Below, one piece after another: positions 1 through 9,886 of a stretch of 64,000 nucleotides of DNA (positions within the stretch are counted from its first letter, which is position 1; the number at the start of each line of letters is the position of its first letter). A model generated the notes under the pieces. The model did no database searches. It saw nothing but the letters and a program-made list of their open reading frames with translations, and was not told the origin of the DNA. Origin of the DNA: Candidatus Omnitrophota bacterium (GTDB lineage Bacteria; Omnitrophota; Gorgyraeia; Gygaellales; Profunditerraquicolaceae); assembly GCA_028715785.1 (NCBI GenBank), contig JAQURC010000006.1, forward strand, positions 21,630 to 85,629, read 5' to 3'. Position numbers and translations under genes: made by a program.

Positions 1-917
1 TCGGCTCCATCGGTTTTAATTTTGGCACGGCAGACGTCCATCGTTACGATGCCCGAATCACTGATGCGGGAAAATTTTTACTTTTAGCCAGCGGGCAAAA
101 TACTGCCGAATTTATGGGCCGGGTGAATAAAATCAGGGCATTAATTGGCCAAGCTCATGAAAAAGGCGCAGCAGCATTCGTTGTTTCAGGCTTAAAGAAA
201 GATAAGATAGAACTGCTGCTGGAGGCAGTTAACAATGTGCTGCATAAAGGTGATAAAGTAGTAGTGGTGGGCGCTATCAATGCCTATCCTTTAGCCGCCG
301 AAGGAAAGACTACCGGTAAAATGGAGATTAAAAAAGACGCTTTGGAAACCTGGAAAGAAGTAGTTGAAGCGGCAAAAGCCAAAGGTATTGATTTATACTA
401 TCCTAAGGCGCTTAAAATAGTGAAAGATTTAACTACAGCGAAAAACGAAGATATTCAGGTTATTCAGGACGGAAATATTCCTGAGGATTATGTGATTGGC
501 GATGTGGCTGAACAGGGGCTTACAGAGATATTTAATATTCTTGAGGATGAGAATGTTAAATTGGTATTACAATCCGGCCCTGTTGGGCCGTTTGACTTAA
601 ATGATGTTCTCGCTGAAGGCAGTAACAAATTTCAGCAAAAATTGGCAGAGTTATCGTTAAAGAAAAAAGTAGTTTCTCTTGGTTCCGATACTCAAAAGGC
701 CAATAAAAAAGCAGGCGTGGAGGGCAAATTCCCCGATCAATTTACCGACGGCGGTTCGTTCCTTGATGCCTTAACTTGTCCGAAAGGCGAAGATTGTCCG
801 GCTATTAGCGCATTAAAAGAATCGGCAAAAATATATGCTGGGGTTTTAGCCAAAGATATTGAAAAAGAGGCCGAAAAAGTAGAAACGGCTGCAGGTGAAG
901 TTACGACAAAGAATTAA
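1..917 (+). CDS. Phosphoglycerate kinase-like protein, strongly divergent (5' end outside window)
   Basis: Frame 3 is open from nt 3, so the listed Met at 114 is internal. Collinear with PGK from the FGTAHR region onward: FGTADVHR; AAFVVSGLKKDKI (cf. VAIVGGSKVSTKL); QSGPVGPFDL (cf. WNGPVGVFEF); LGSDT (cf. GGGDT); FTDGGSFLDAL (cf. STGGGAFLEF). The Gly-rich nucleotide loops are substituted. Confidence 0.55.
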   Translation, partial: GSIGFNFGTADVHRYDARITDAGKFLLLASGQNTAEFMGRVNKIRALIGQAHEKGAAAFVVSGLKKDKIELLLEAVNNVLHKGDKVVVVGAINAYPLAAEGKTTGKMEIKKDALETWKEVVEAAKAKGIDLYYPKALKIVKDLTTAKNEDIQVIQDGNIPEDYVIGDVAEQGLTEIFNILEDENVKLVLQSGPVGPFDLNDVLAEGSNKFQQKLAELSLKKKVVSLGSDTQKANKKAGVEGKFPDQFTDGGSFLDALTCPKGEDCPAISALKESAKIYAGVLAKDIEKEAEKVETAAGEVTTKN

Positions 918-939
918 ATTTGAAAAAGTTGGCATAAAA

Positions 940-975
940 GTAGGGGGCGTTTAAACGTCCCCTACAATGTGGATA
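940..975. repeat. Family A hairpin (GTTTAAAC apex), copy 1
   Basis: GTAGGGGGCGTTTAAACGTCCCCTAC (940-965) followed by AATGTGGATAAC. Copy 2 shares the 3' flank TGTGGATAA. Confidence 0.8.
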
Positions 976-996
976 ACTAATAGCTCCGGGAAGACA

Positions 997-3900
997 ATGC
1001 GTAAATCAAAATTCAGCCCCTGGATAAGGTCTGTTGCTTTATTAGTAGTGGCTGTTTTTCTGCCGCAGCAGGTAATTTACGCCGGCAGCATCACCGATGA
1101 AATTACGTCTCGTCTCCCCAGCGTATCCAGCCTTAAATCAAGCGTTCAATCCACCATCTCCACCGCCCAATCCTATGTTTCTAAAGCCAATAGCGCCTAC
1201 ACTTCCGCAAGCAATGTTTACAACGCCGTAAAAGCCTCTACCGGCCTATCGGTAAGAAGCTTTGTCTCTCCCTTAAGCAGTATCAATGTCCAAACTATTA
1301 AAACTACTGCCGGCATAGCTACTGCCGCCCTTACCCGTAATCCCCAGGCAGGAATAGCCATAGCCAATACCAATTGGGCCAAGACGATATCTAATGGCCT
1401 TCCCGCAATAAAAAATTCTATTTACGATAAAGCAATCTGGGCAAGAGACCAGACTATATTCAAACCCGGTTTTAACGATAGCCCGGAAGGCCAAGAACAT
1501 TGGAAAGCTCTTGGCACAGCTTTTATCTTTATAACCGGCCCGGCTGGAGCAGCTGAAGGATTGCTTTCAAGCGCTGGCGGATTAGTGACTGTCAGTGTTG
1601 CCCGATACGCGCCTTCTTTAGCGATAAGAGGCGGTTCTTGGGCTTTGCAGGGCAGCCGGTTAATAGAATGGGTAGGGCCGAAAGTGGGGCAGGGCAGCAG
1701 TTGGGTATTTAATAGCCGGCCGGTCGCAGCTTATGGCAAATATGTGCTTGTGCCTGCGGGAATAGAGGTAATGGGTAATACTCTTTACGGTTATTCTCCG
1801 TTTAAATCCGTCGCGTTTACAACTTATAACTCTAATCAAGGGCAGATTACTAATTTGATGGGGGATATCAGCAGAAGGCAGCACTCGCTTGAGGCAGGGA
1901 GTTTTGCCGCTGAAAATTATGAACCGCTGATCAGCGATTTGTCAACCGCGTTTCCCGGTAACACTGCTACGCCCGAAGGAGTAAAGAGTTATTTACAGAA
2001 GAATGAAGGTAAATATCGCGGGGTTATATCCAATGATGCGCAGATTTCCTCCGATTTGGCAGTAATAAGTAATTTAAGCAACGACAATAAACACCAGGCA
2101 GGTAAATTCAATTCTTTTGAAAAAGGGTTTACTGCGTTGGCAGAAGTTAATTATGCCGCAGTTAACGCATTAGGCAATGGAATAAATAGTTCAGGTATTC
2201 CTCTTGCGGGTGAATTTATTAAATCCGTAGGTTCTTTTACCCCGCTTACCGGGCTTTCAATCGGCGGCTCTGTGGGCGCTGACCCCGGCCAAGGATTATA
2301 TGGTTTTGCGAATTTCTTTGCCAGTCCGGTTGAAAATGGTATTGGGCTTCGCGAAGGTTCAATTATTGAGCGTTTATCAAACCGCGAATTTTCGGCGCTT
2401 TTAACAGGCGCAGATTATCATTCTAATTATAGAAACCTTGGGAAAGCCGCAGGCAGCGCTTTTATTATGTTGGGCGGCGGCAGGCAGGTTTCAGGAGCGG
2501 CTAAGTCCGTGAAAGCAAAAGCAGGGACGTTAGATTCATTTTTGTCCGTTCATCCGGATATTAACGCTGTTGTAGCGCACCCTTACTTTAAACCCGCGGC
2601 GCACGCCTTAATATTGACCCTGCCGCTGGTGGGCGCAGCGCTATGGGAAGGTTATCAAAATAATAACTTAGGTAAACCTTTTGCTGCTACTACAGTGATG
2701 GCGGCAAATATGTTTGCGCCTTCTCTTGTTGCCAGGAGTAGATTTAATTCTAACCAGCAACTCGATCCTTTAATGAGTCCTAAAAACGATTTTCCTAAGA
2801 AATCCCCTATACCGGTGAAGAGTTTATTCGAGGATCAGGTAATGACTCTTAAAAGCATGGTTTCCAGCGGGACAAACGACCGCTTGGCGGTAATAAGAGG
2901 TTTAGGCACCGGTAAGACCACAGCCTTGTTAGCTTATATTTTGCCGTATAAAATAGGTGATAACCTAAAGAGAGGCAAGGGCACTCTTATATTGACTCCT
3001 AATGATGGGGTTACTAATGATGTGAAAGCGGTTCTCCGGGGGGCCAATGACGTTGGATTCAATCATCAAGAAATTCAGAAGCGGTTAGGAACAAATGTTA
3101 ATTTCCCTAAAGAGATAACTGAAAAGAAACTAAAAATTGAAAGTGTAACCAAAACTGAAGATAAACTTAAGCAGGAGCAGGATTTTATCGATAAGGTTAT
3201 GAATAATGATGTAGTGGTTATGCCGTATGAACTTTATAGTTCAATTTATCATACTTATTTAATGCGGCCAGGCCGAATGGACGCGGCCAGAGAAAAAGTT
3301 ATCAACAGGATTAAAGACAGTAATTTTCTTATGGATGAAGTTGATCTGCCCGCGTTTCTTCCTTCTTTGATGATGAGTGAGGGCAGAATGTATGTTCCTG
3401 AGGGTAATCCAGAATACAATTACTGGCAGGATGTGGCGGGGAAAAGCCGGCAGATTTATGATAAAGTTAAATATGACAAGGTTAATTCTAATGATATGAA
3501 ATTAGATAAGATAGAAGGCGAAACAAGCGCGGAATTAGAGTTTAGAACTATGGCTCAGGGGCAGAAGTTATTGAGTGAACGAATTCCGGGAATAGAAGAA
3601 TTGCCTTTGCCGGATTCCGCAACAGTGCGGAACTTAGTCCGGGAAATAAAAAATAAACATTCAGAAATAGGATACACTGACCAGGAAATTGCCGAGCATA
3701 TAGCCCATGGAACCTGGGGGTATCGGTCATATGAATTAAGAAACTCGTTTACTAAAGAAGAATACGCTGTTAAGACCGAGGCTGTTCCGGCAGCCGATAT
3801 AGATACATACGGTCCCAAAAAAGCTGTGGATACCGTAAAGATCGGAGGCGTGGAAGGCAGGGATATTCATAATTTTGATTTGCATATACCCGCGGGCCAA

Positions 3901-6513
3901 CAGCAAATCTTAGAAATACTTCACGGTGCCAAGCTTATTTCCCGGCCCTTAAAAGGGGATCATGTGGGTAACGCTATCGATGCTTTAGAAATATTAGGAG
4001 GTAGTATTGGATTCACAGGCACTGTTTCTGATACAGCCAAGCCTGTTCTTGAAAAAGCAGGCTTTACAAAGTTCGATTATGGGCAGGTAAAAGCTTCTGA
4101 TTACGAAGCCCCGGTTGTAAACGCAGATTTGAGCCAGACAATAAAGCAAGTCACAGATGGTATTGTCAATAACCGGGGGGATCGGCTTGATATCGATATA
4201 ACCCCGAATAATCCCCTTTCCCGTCTTATTAAAAAAGTTTTAATATCCAAGGGAATTGCTCCCGCGAAATTGGCAAAAGAGGGGGAAAATTATAAATTTA
4301 TAGAAGGAAAATATGTTCATATCGGAGGCCGGACTCCGGAAAAGGCTGCCCAGGCATTATTGGATTCTTTGAAAACCGAAAAAGCCCCTTATGCTATCGT
4401 CGGGACCGCCAATGAAATCGGCAGAGGCCTGAATTTTGATCCCGCGCCTTATTTAGCCAAAGATGGCACAAAAGTAGCGGTAAATCTTATTGAGCCGGAG
4501 TTGATGACCGCCACCCAGGTTAACCAGGGAGCGGGCCGTATCGGGGGGAAATTCCGATTTACAAATATAAAAGATAAAGAAGGTAATCTTCATAATCCGG
4601 AAAAAATCGTCCGCCTTCTGATGAGCAAAGATATGATGCGGCCAATGCCTGAATTTGAAGAAGCGCTGAAATTAGATAATTCTCAAGATGGTGTAAAAAG
4701 CCTTAAAATTATGGAAGCCCTGCAGGATGTCTGGAATAAAAACGAGAGAGAGGTAGTTGCCAGATCGGGCCTTTCTTCAGAGAGAATCGACAATAAAGTA
4801 GTGAAAAGTGAATTCAAGGAAGTAGATATGCCTACTACTTTGGAGGAAATAAAAGAGAAAGATGCCAAGGATTACCTTGTTTTAAAAGGCTACACGACTG
4901 AAAGTATTGTTAAAAAAGGAGAAGCATATATAAAGGAGAATAAGCTTACGATTAAGGGATTACGGTTTATGCAATTGCTTAAGGAGGCCGAGGCATTATT
5001 GGATAAGCAGCATAAGATTTTGGATAAAATTACTGCGCTTCGCATTTTGAATATAGATAATCCCGTCCAATTCGCGATAGGTTTGACTGAAAAGGGCATC
5101 GTAGAGCTTGAAGATTACAATAAGAGAGGGTTAACTTCCGTTATGTGCTTAGGAAGGGTATTAAAGCCGTTTAATACGGATATTTCAAGCGAAGAAATAA
5201 AACAATATCAGGATATCATAAGCAGCGCTTTGGAACAGAAGCTTGAATTCGTTGAAGGGCTGATAAATAAAAATAAGATAAAAATAGACGATAACGGGAC
5301 AAAAGAGTTAATTCTAAAGAAATTAGGGCTGCTAAGGGGCTCTTTAGCCAATATCCAGGAAATATCCCGTCAGATATCCGACGGATATGCTAAAAATAAA
5401 GGCACTGTTCTTCCAGCAGACAAGTTGCGTTTAAAATCCGCCTACCGTGAATTCGAAAATATTATGGCGTATCAGGATTTAGAGGATATCAGCGCTAAAC
5501 TTGGTTCTCCGGCAATAACTGACCTGATTCCTTTGTTTATTCCCAATGCCGGCACCGATGAGATCGCGAAATTCTCCGCGATTTTTGATTTTGCCAAGGA
5601 TAACAATATTAACTTGGCCCCGTATAATTTATTTGAATTGTTTAATTTGACTGACGGTAACAATAAAATTGATTTTGCCAAATTTATTGACAAGAACACC
5701 GGGGATCCGTATCTAAAAATCTATGCGCAACGATTAGCCCTTTATGAAAACGTTTTAGCCAAACAAATGCAATATTATATCCAATTATTTAGCGGAAAAA
5801 CAAAAGATGCAAAAGAATATGAACAGGGCTTGCAGGAAGATGTCGATTTCTTGAGGAATTTTGACATCGATCCAACAAGGGGCGCCCGGCTTAATTTAGC
5901 TCAACTAAGAAAATTGTCGGATGGAAAGCTCTCCGATAAATTATTGTTAAGAATTTATTTGGGTTTATGCGTTTCCGATGAAGAAATCGAAAATTTTATT
6001 CTTGACGAAGGAATTAATAATATAGTTTTAAAGAAAGAAGGATCGCAAGAAGTATCCGAGGCCTTGGCAGAACTAATTCGCCTTGGAAAATTATACGGGA
6101 TGGAAAGGGCAATAAGAGAGGTGCAGGCAAAATATGCCCCTGATGTAGTAAATGGAGCAATAAAGGAATATTTAGCAAATATAGGACAAGGAAAGTATTT
6201 CAGGCCCGAATACTTTAATACAATACAGGGGGGTATTATTGATGCGGTTTCTACCCTGGCGCCTTTAATAAATAGAGAAGGAGCGATTAACGCAGCTGCG
6301 GTTATGGGTATAGGCCTTCTAAGATATCCGGTTTCAGCAAGTTTTAAGGCTATTACCGAGGCAATTTTTAATACCAATTCTCCGGAGCAACGGCTTCGGG
6401 CTATCAGCGATATCAAAGCAACCCTTGACATCCTTCCTCCAACAGTATCAACCGCGCCTGCCTTACCAGCAGTCGATTCGAAAACAGTTGAAGTGGCCGA
6501 AACCGCCGTATAA
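997..6513 (+). CDS. Giant (~1840 aa) membrane-anchored protein with SecA-like DEAD-motor ATPase core
   Basis: Uninterrupted ORF (track 967..6513). Met at 997 is preferred because 940-975 belongs to a repeat hairpin. Signal anchor RSVALLVVAVFLPQQVIYA, then ~600 aa of S/T/A/G-rich sequence with hydrophobic helices. Motor motifs follow: GLGTGKTTAL (Walker A), GKGTLILTPNDGVTNDV, FLMDEVDLP (Walker B), GFTGTVSD, IVGTANEIGRGLNF, QGAGRIGG. Long helical C-terminus. Confidence 0.6.
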   Translation: MRKSKFSPWIRSVALLVVAVFLPQQVIYAGSITDEITSRLPSVSSLKSSVQSTISTAQSYVSKANSAYTSASNVYNAVKASTGLSVRSFVSPLSSINVQTIKTTAGIATAALTRNPQAGIAIANTNWAKTISNGLPAIKNSIYDKAIWARDQTIFKPGFNDSPEGQEHWKALGTAFIFITGPAGAAEGLLSSAGGLVTVSVARYAPSLAIRGGSWALQGSRLIEWVGPKVGQGSSWVFNSRPVAAYGKYVLVPAGIEVMGNTLYGYSPFKSVAFTTYNSNQGQITNLMGDISRRQHSLEAGSFAAENYEPLISDLSTAFPGNTATPEGVKSYLQKNEGKYRGVISNDAQISSDLAVISNLSNDNKHQAGKFNSFEKGFTALAEVNYAAVNALGNGINSSGIPLAGEFIKSVGSFTPLTGLSIGGSVGADPGQGLYGFANFFASPVENGIGLREGSIIERLSNREFSALLTGADYHSNYRNLGKAAGSAFIMLGGGRQVSGAAKSVKAKAGTLDSFLSVHPDINAVVAHPYFKPAAHALILTLPLVGAALWEGYQNNNLGKPFAATTVMAANMFAPSLVARSRFNSNQQLDPLMSPKNDFPKKSPIPVKSLFEDQVMTLKSMVSSGTNDRLAVIRGLGTGKTTALLAYILPYKIGDNLKRGKGTLILTPNDGVTNDVKAVLRGANDVGFNHQEIQKRLGTNVNFPKEITEKKLKIESVTKTEDKLKQEQDFIDKVMNNDVVVMPYELYSSIYHTYLMRPGRMDAAREKVINRIKDSNFLMDEVDLPAFLPSLMMSEGRMYVPEGNPEYNYWQDVAGKSRQIYDKVKYDKVNSNDMKLDKIEGETSAELEFRTMAQGQKLLSERIPGIEELPLPDSATVRNLVREIKNKHSEIGYTDQEIAEHIAHGTWGYRSYELRNSFTKEEYAVKTEAVPAADIDTYGPKKAVDTVKIGGVEGRDIHNFDLHIPAGQQQILEILHGAKLISRPLKGDHVGNAIDALEILGGSIGFTGTVSDTAKPVLEKAGFTKFDYGQVKASDYEAPVVNADLSQTIKQVTDGIVNNRGDRLDIDITPNNPLSRLIKKVLISKGIAPAKLAKEGENYKFIEGKYVHIGGRTPEKAAQALLDSLKTEKAPYAIVGTANEIGRGLNFDPAPYLAKDGTKVAVNLIEPELMTATQVNQGAGRIGGKFRFTNIKDKEGNLHNPEKIVRLLMSKDMMRPMPEFEEALKLDNSQDGVKSLKIMEALQDVWNKNEREVVARSGLSSERIDNKVVKSEFKEVDMPTTLEEIKEKDAKDYLVLKGYTTESIVKKGEAYIKENKLTIKGLRFMQLLKEAEALLDKQHKILDKITALRILNIDNPVQFAIGLTEKGIVELEDYNKRGLTSVMCLGRVLKPFNTDISSEEIKQYQDIISSALEQKLEFVEGLINKNKIKIDDNGTKELILKKLGLLRGSLANIQEISRQISDGYAKNKGTVLPADKLRLKSAYREFENIMAYQDLEDISAKLGSPAITDLIPLFIPNAGTDEIAKFSAIFDFAKDNNINLAPYNLFELFNLTDGNNKIDFAKFIDKNTGDPYLKIYAQRLALYENVLAKQMQYYIQLFSGKTKDAKEYEQGLQEDVDFLRNFDIDPTRGARLNLAQLRKLSDGKLSDKLLLRIYLGLCVSDEEIENFILDEGINNIVLKKEGSQEVSEALAELIRLGKLYGMERAIREVQAKYAPDVVNGAIKEYLANIGQGKYFRPEYFNTIQGGIIDAVSTLAPLINREGAINAAAVMGIGLLRYPVSASFKAITEAIFNTNSPEQRLRAISDIKATLDILPPTVSTAPALPAVDSKTVEVAETAV

Positions 6514-6801
6514 TGCATACAGATAACCCTAAATTAATTGATAAGCCATATTTAAAAAGGCGAGGGAAAATGAAATTTATTTCCACGGTCGTAAAAATTA
6601 CCGGATATAGAACCCGCGCAGGAGATAAATGAGATTGTTAAAAATGACGCTGATTTAATTTCCAAGTTTATGGATAGTTTTATTTAAGGTTTTTATGTTC
6701 TTTGAAAATATCGGGCCAAATTTTTTCTTGATTAATTTGATAAATAAAGGATAATATGCGTAAGTTCACTTGGCTCACTAGGTTAGGGCGGGGAGAAAAA
6801 G

Positions 6802-7497
6802 ATGGGCGAACGCAGAAAATTAGCCAGATGGCAGGTAAATCAACACGCCGCGCTTAAATTGGAGCAGGCCGCCGAGGAATTATTCTGCCAAATCAAGGAT
6901 ATCAATTCTAAAGGGGCAAGGATTACTTTAAATACAAAATTGCCGCAGGATAGCCGGCTTAAGATGAGTTTACGGCTCTCTGAAAATTATGCCGTTGAGG
7001 CGGAAGTTTGGGTTGCCTGGCACAAGGTTATTAACGGCATTAACCACTACGGGCTTTATTTTAGCAGGATAAAGGATGCGGATAAGGATAAAATTTATAA
7101 ATTTATCAACAGGTATCGTTCTAATGGTTTGAAACAGGAACCGTCGCCGGCAGCTGCAAGGGTTGAGAAAGAGAAAGGAGGTGAAGGGATGCATGACCAT
7201 CGGATATTCGAAAGGTTCAGGAAGGAATTTTCCGCCCGCTTTATCGGCTTAGACGGAAAAGAGGGGCAGGCTCAAACATTTGATGTAAGCGCAAAAGGCC
7301 TGGGGTTATCAACCACAAATGAATTGGAATCCAAGACTCCTCTAGAGATCTGGTTGGATGTTCCTGGCAGCACCGATCCTTTATACACAAGGGGGCAGGT
7401 TGTCTGGTCAAGGTTGGCAGGGGTAAGCGGATATCGTTCGGGTATCGAATTGGAAAGGGCTGATCTTATGGGTGTTTCGCGCCTCCTGCGCGCCTGA
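6802..7497 (+). CDS. Tandem PilZ-domain protein (c-di-GMP receptor)
   Basis: Two PilZ signatures. Domain 1: RRKLAR (RxxxR) plus DINSKG (variant DxNxxG). Domain 2: RIFER (RxxxR) plus DVSAKG (DxSxxG). Confidence 0.75.
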   Translation: MGERRKLARWQVNQHAALKLEQAAEELFCQIKDINSKGARITLNTKLPQDSRLKMSLRLSENYAVEAEVWVAWHKVINGINHYGLYFSRIKDADKDKIYKFINRYRSNGLKQEPSPAAARVEKEKGGEGMHDHRIFERFRKEFSARFIGLDGKEGQAQTFDVSAKGLGLSTTNELESKTPLEIWLDVPGSTDPLYTRGQVVWSRLAGVSGYRSGIELERADLMGVSRLLRA

Positions 7498-7615
7498 TTT
7501 AGCCGATAAAAAACTTGATTTGTTGGCTAAAATATGCTAAATTTTTATATTAACGTCTTTTATAATCTATTCCTATAGGGTAGATCTCCCACTAAAAGCG
7601 GAAGGAGTTATTAAG

Positions 7616-8914
7616 ATGTGGTTTAAGAACATACTTCTGGGTATTTCTATATTATTTTCAGCATTAGGCTGTTCGGGCCAAAAAGTTGATTCCAAACCCA
7701 CCATAACTATCTGGCACTGGATGACCGACCGCGACGCAACCTTCCAGGATCTGGCAAAAAAATATGAAACTTTAACCGGCGTAAAAGTAAATTTCGAGCT
7801 TTATGCCCCTTCGGACGCTTATTCACAGAAGATCCGCGCCGCAGCCCAGGGCATAAACCTTCCGGATGTTTTTGGCATTTTGGGAGAAAAGAGGGATTTT
7901 GCTTCTTTTATCAAAGCCGGCCACATTTTAGATCTTACCTCCTATATGGAAGCCAATAATAACGGTTGGAAGAACAGTTTTTTCCCCAAGGCGCTGGCGG
8001 TAAATGAATTTGCCGCAGGCAATAGTTATGGGATAAATCCCGGCACCTACGGTGTCCCTGTCGATATTATGACCATCCAGATGGTCTATAACAAAAAACT
8101 TTTTACGCAGTTGGGATTAAATCCCAGCCGGCCTCCGAAGACCCTCCAGGAGTTTTTAGATATCGGTCCGAAAATCCAGGCCGCCGGAATGCAGGGGCTG
8201 GTTTCCGGATGGGGCGAGGTTTGGATGATTGATTGCCTGGCCAATGACTATGCCTTCAATATTATGGGTAAAGATAAGGTAATGGCGACGATCAGGGGCC
8301 AGGTCCCTTATACCGATCCGGATTGGGTCAAGGTATTTTCTATCTTTAAGCAGATGCAGGACTCCGGTGTTTTAGCCAAAGGCCTGGTAACCATGATCAA
8401 TAAATCCGCCGAGCAGCTTTTTGCCAATGAAAAAGCTGTTTTTGCTTTTAACGGTTCCTGGTGCGTGAATGTTTATAAGGGGATGAATCCTAATCTTGAA
8501 TACGGGGCAATACTTCCGCCGCAGGCCTCTGACAAATATCCGATGTCTATCTGGGGCGGGGCAGGTTCTTCTTTTATGGTCAACGCGCGTTCTAAAAATA
8601 AGGAAGAAGCAATTAAGTTTTTAGTCTGGCTGACCGGCCAGGACCAGCAGGCATATTTATCCAGGGCCACCAATAACCTGCCTGCCAACAAAAACTGTTT
8701 GGCTAAGATCCCCGAGGTGCTTGCCCAATTTGCCCGCGGCATGGAGTATGCCACCCATCCGAACGTCTGGGGGGTTTCGGAGTTTTCTTTGGTCATCGAG
8801 GCTTTTGACCGCGGTATCCAATCCATCATTATCGGAGAGAAAACCCCCGAGCAGGTTGCTGATGAAGTTCAGAAAGTAAAGGAAAGGGAATTAAATAAGA
8901 GAAGAGCCAAATAG
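7616..8914 (+). CDS. Sugar ABC transporter substrate-binding lipoprotein (family 1 SBP)
   Basis: Lipobox LFSALGCSG. Sequence has general family-1 extracellular solute-binding character. GGAAGGAG RBS. Followed by two permease genes. Confidence 0.85.
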   Translation: MWFKNILLGISILFSALGCSGQKVDSKPTITIWHWMTDRDATFQDLAKKYETLTGVKVNFELYAPSDAYSQKIRAAAQGINLPDVFGILGEKRDFASFIKAGHILDLTSYMEANNNGWKNSFFPKALAVNEFAAGNSYGINPGTYGVPVDIMTIQMVYNKKLFTQLGLNPSRPPKTLQEFLDIGPKIQAAGMQGLVSGWGEVWMIDCLANDYAFNIMGKDKVMATIRGQVPYTDPDWVKVFSIFKQMQDSGVLAKGLVTMINKSAEQLFANEKAVFAFNGSWCVNVYKGMNPNLEYGAILPPQASDKYPMSIWGGAGSSFMVNARSKNKEEAIKFLVWLTGQDQQAYLSRATNNLPANKNCLAKIPEVLAQFARGMEYATHPNVWGVSEFSLVIEAFDRGIQSIIIGEKTPEQVADEVQKVKERELNKRRAK

Positions 8915-8917
8915 TCA

Positions 8918-9811
8918 ATGACACACAAATCAATGAAGCTGAAAGATACATTAGAGAATTACACCTTTGTCCTGCCGGCAGTAACCATATTTTCCATATT
9001 CTATATTATTCCTTTTATCTGGGTTTTTCAGTTGGGCCTCTTTGATTGGGACGGGATCTCTTTTAGCAAGACGTTTGTGGGCTTGGCAAATTTCAAAGAG
9101 ATCTTCCTGCAGGATAAAAACTGGTGGCAATCGATGTGGAACGCCGGTTACATCACTTTGATCGCCCTTACTTTTCAGAATATCCTGGCTTTTATGCTCG
9201 CCTGGGCCTGCGACCGCGAAATGAGGATGAAAAATTTTTACCGGGTGATTTTTTTTATCCCTCCGGTCCTCTCGGAAGTGGTCGTGGGCATGGCCTGGCG
9301 TTTTATCATCAATGACATCGACGGGGCGAATGTCATCAATCGCACGCTTACACAAATGGGTTTTCCGCATTTAGTGCATAATTGGTTATCCGACCCCAAC
9401 ACCGCACTTACTACCGTTGCGATTGTGCATTGCTGGAAGGGTTTTGGCTGGGGGTTCCTGATTTTTCTGGCAGGTCTGCAGACCATACCGCGCGAACTTT
9501 ACGAAGCCGCCCGGGTTGACGGGGCAAGCGCCTGGCAGTCATTTAAAAAAGTAACCATACCTTTGATGATCCCGGTGATGGTGCTGGTGGCCATCCTTAC
9601 GGTATTGGGCACGATGCAGGTGTTTGTATTGATTGTCAGCCTGGTGGGAGGCGAATTTGCCGGGCATACTTCGGTTCCGGTTTTAAGGATCCTGGCTTCT
9701 ATGCGCGGCTCATCGCGTTTTGGTTATGCCTGCGCCCAGGGGATTACTTTCGGTCTGGTATTGATTATAATATCTTTTATCCAATACCGTTTTTCCAAAA
9801 AAGGGCAATAG
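8918..9811 (+). CDS. Sugar ABC transporter permease (MalF/UgpA-like)
   Basis: Six-TM profile with EAA loop region ELYEAARVDGASAWQSFKKVTIPL. Confidence 0.85.
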   Translation: MTHKSMKLKDTLENYTFVLPAVTIFSIFYIIPFIWVFQLGLFDWDGISFSKTFVGLANFKEIFLQDKNWWQSMWNAGYITLIALTFQNILAFMLAWACDREMRMKNFYRVIFFIPPVLSEVVVGMAWRFIINDIDGANVINRTLTQMGFPHLVHNWLSDPNTALTTVAIVHCWKGFGWGFLIFLAGLQTIPRELYEAARVDGASAWQSFKKVTIPLMIPVMVLVAILTVLGTMQVFVLIVSLVGGEFAGHTSVPVLRILASMRGSSRFGYACAQGITFGLVLIIISFIQYRFSKKGQ

Positions 9812-9817
9812 AGTTAT

Positions 9818-9860
9818 CAATGTAGCGGAGGTTTAAACCTCCGCTACATTGTGGATAATT
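9818..9860. repeat. Family A hairpin, copy 2 (between the two permease genes)
   Basis: CAATGTAGCGGAGGTTTAAACCTCCGCTACATTG is a perfect 34-nt palindrome, followed by TGGATAAT. Confidence 0.85.
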
Positions 9861-9886
9861 TTCAAGAAAGGCCAGTGAGATAAAGA

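Noticed and set aside
5955-6518. 187-aa ORF on the minus strand inside the 3' end of the giant gene
   Set aside because: It is entirely antisense to a long, motif-bearing + strand ORF. The composition is low-complexity and Ser/Ile/Ala-rich, with no RBS or recognisable motif. This is a typical shadow ORF.
7498-7615. TTAGCC...GGCTAA inverted repeat and TTGATT-N17-TAAATT upstream of the sugar-binding protein gene
   Set aside because: It is plausibly a terminator and promoter for the PilZ/ABC junction. However, the stem is short (6 bp), the loop is long and the hexamers are weak, so it is not solid enough to annotate.
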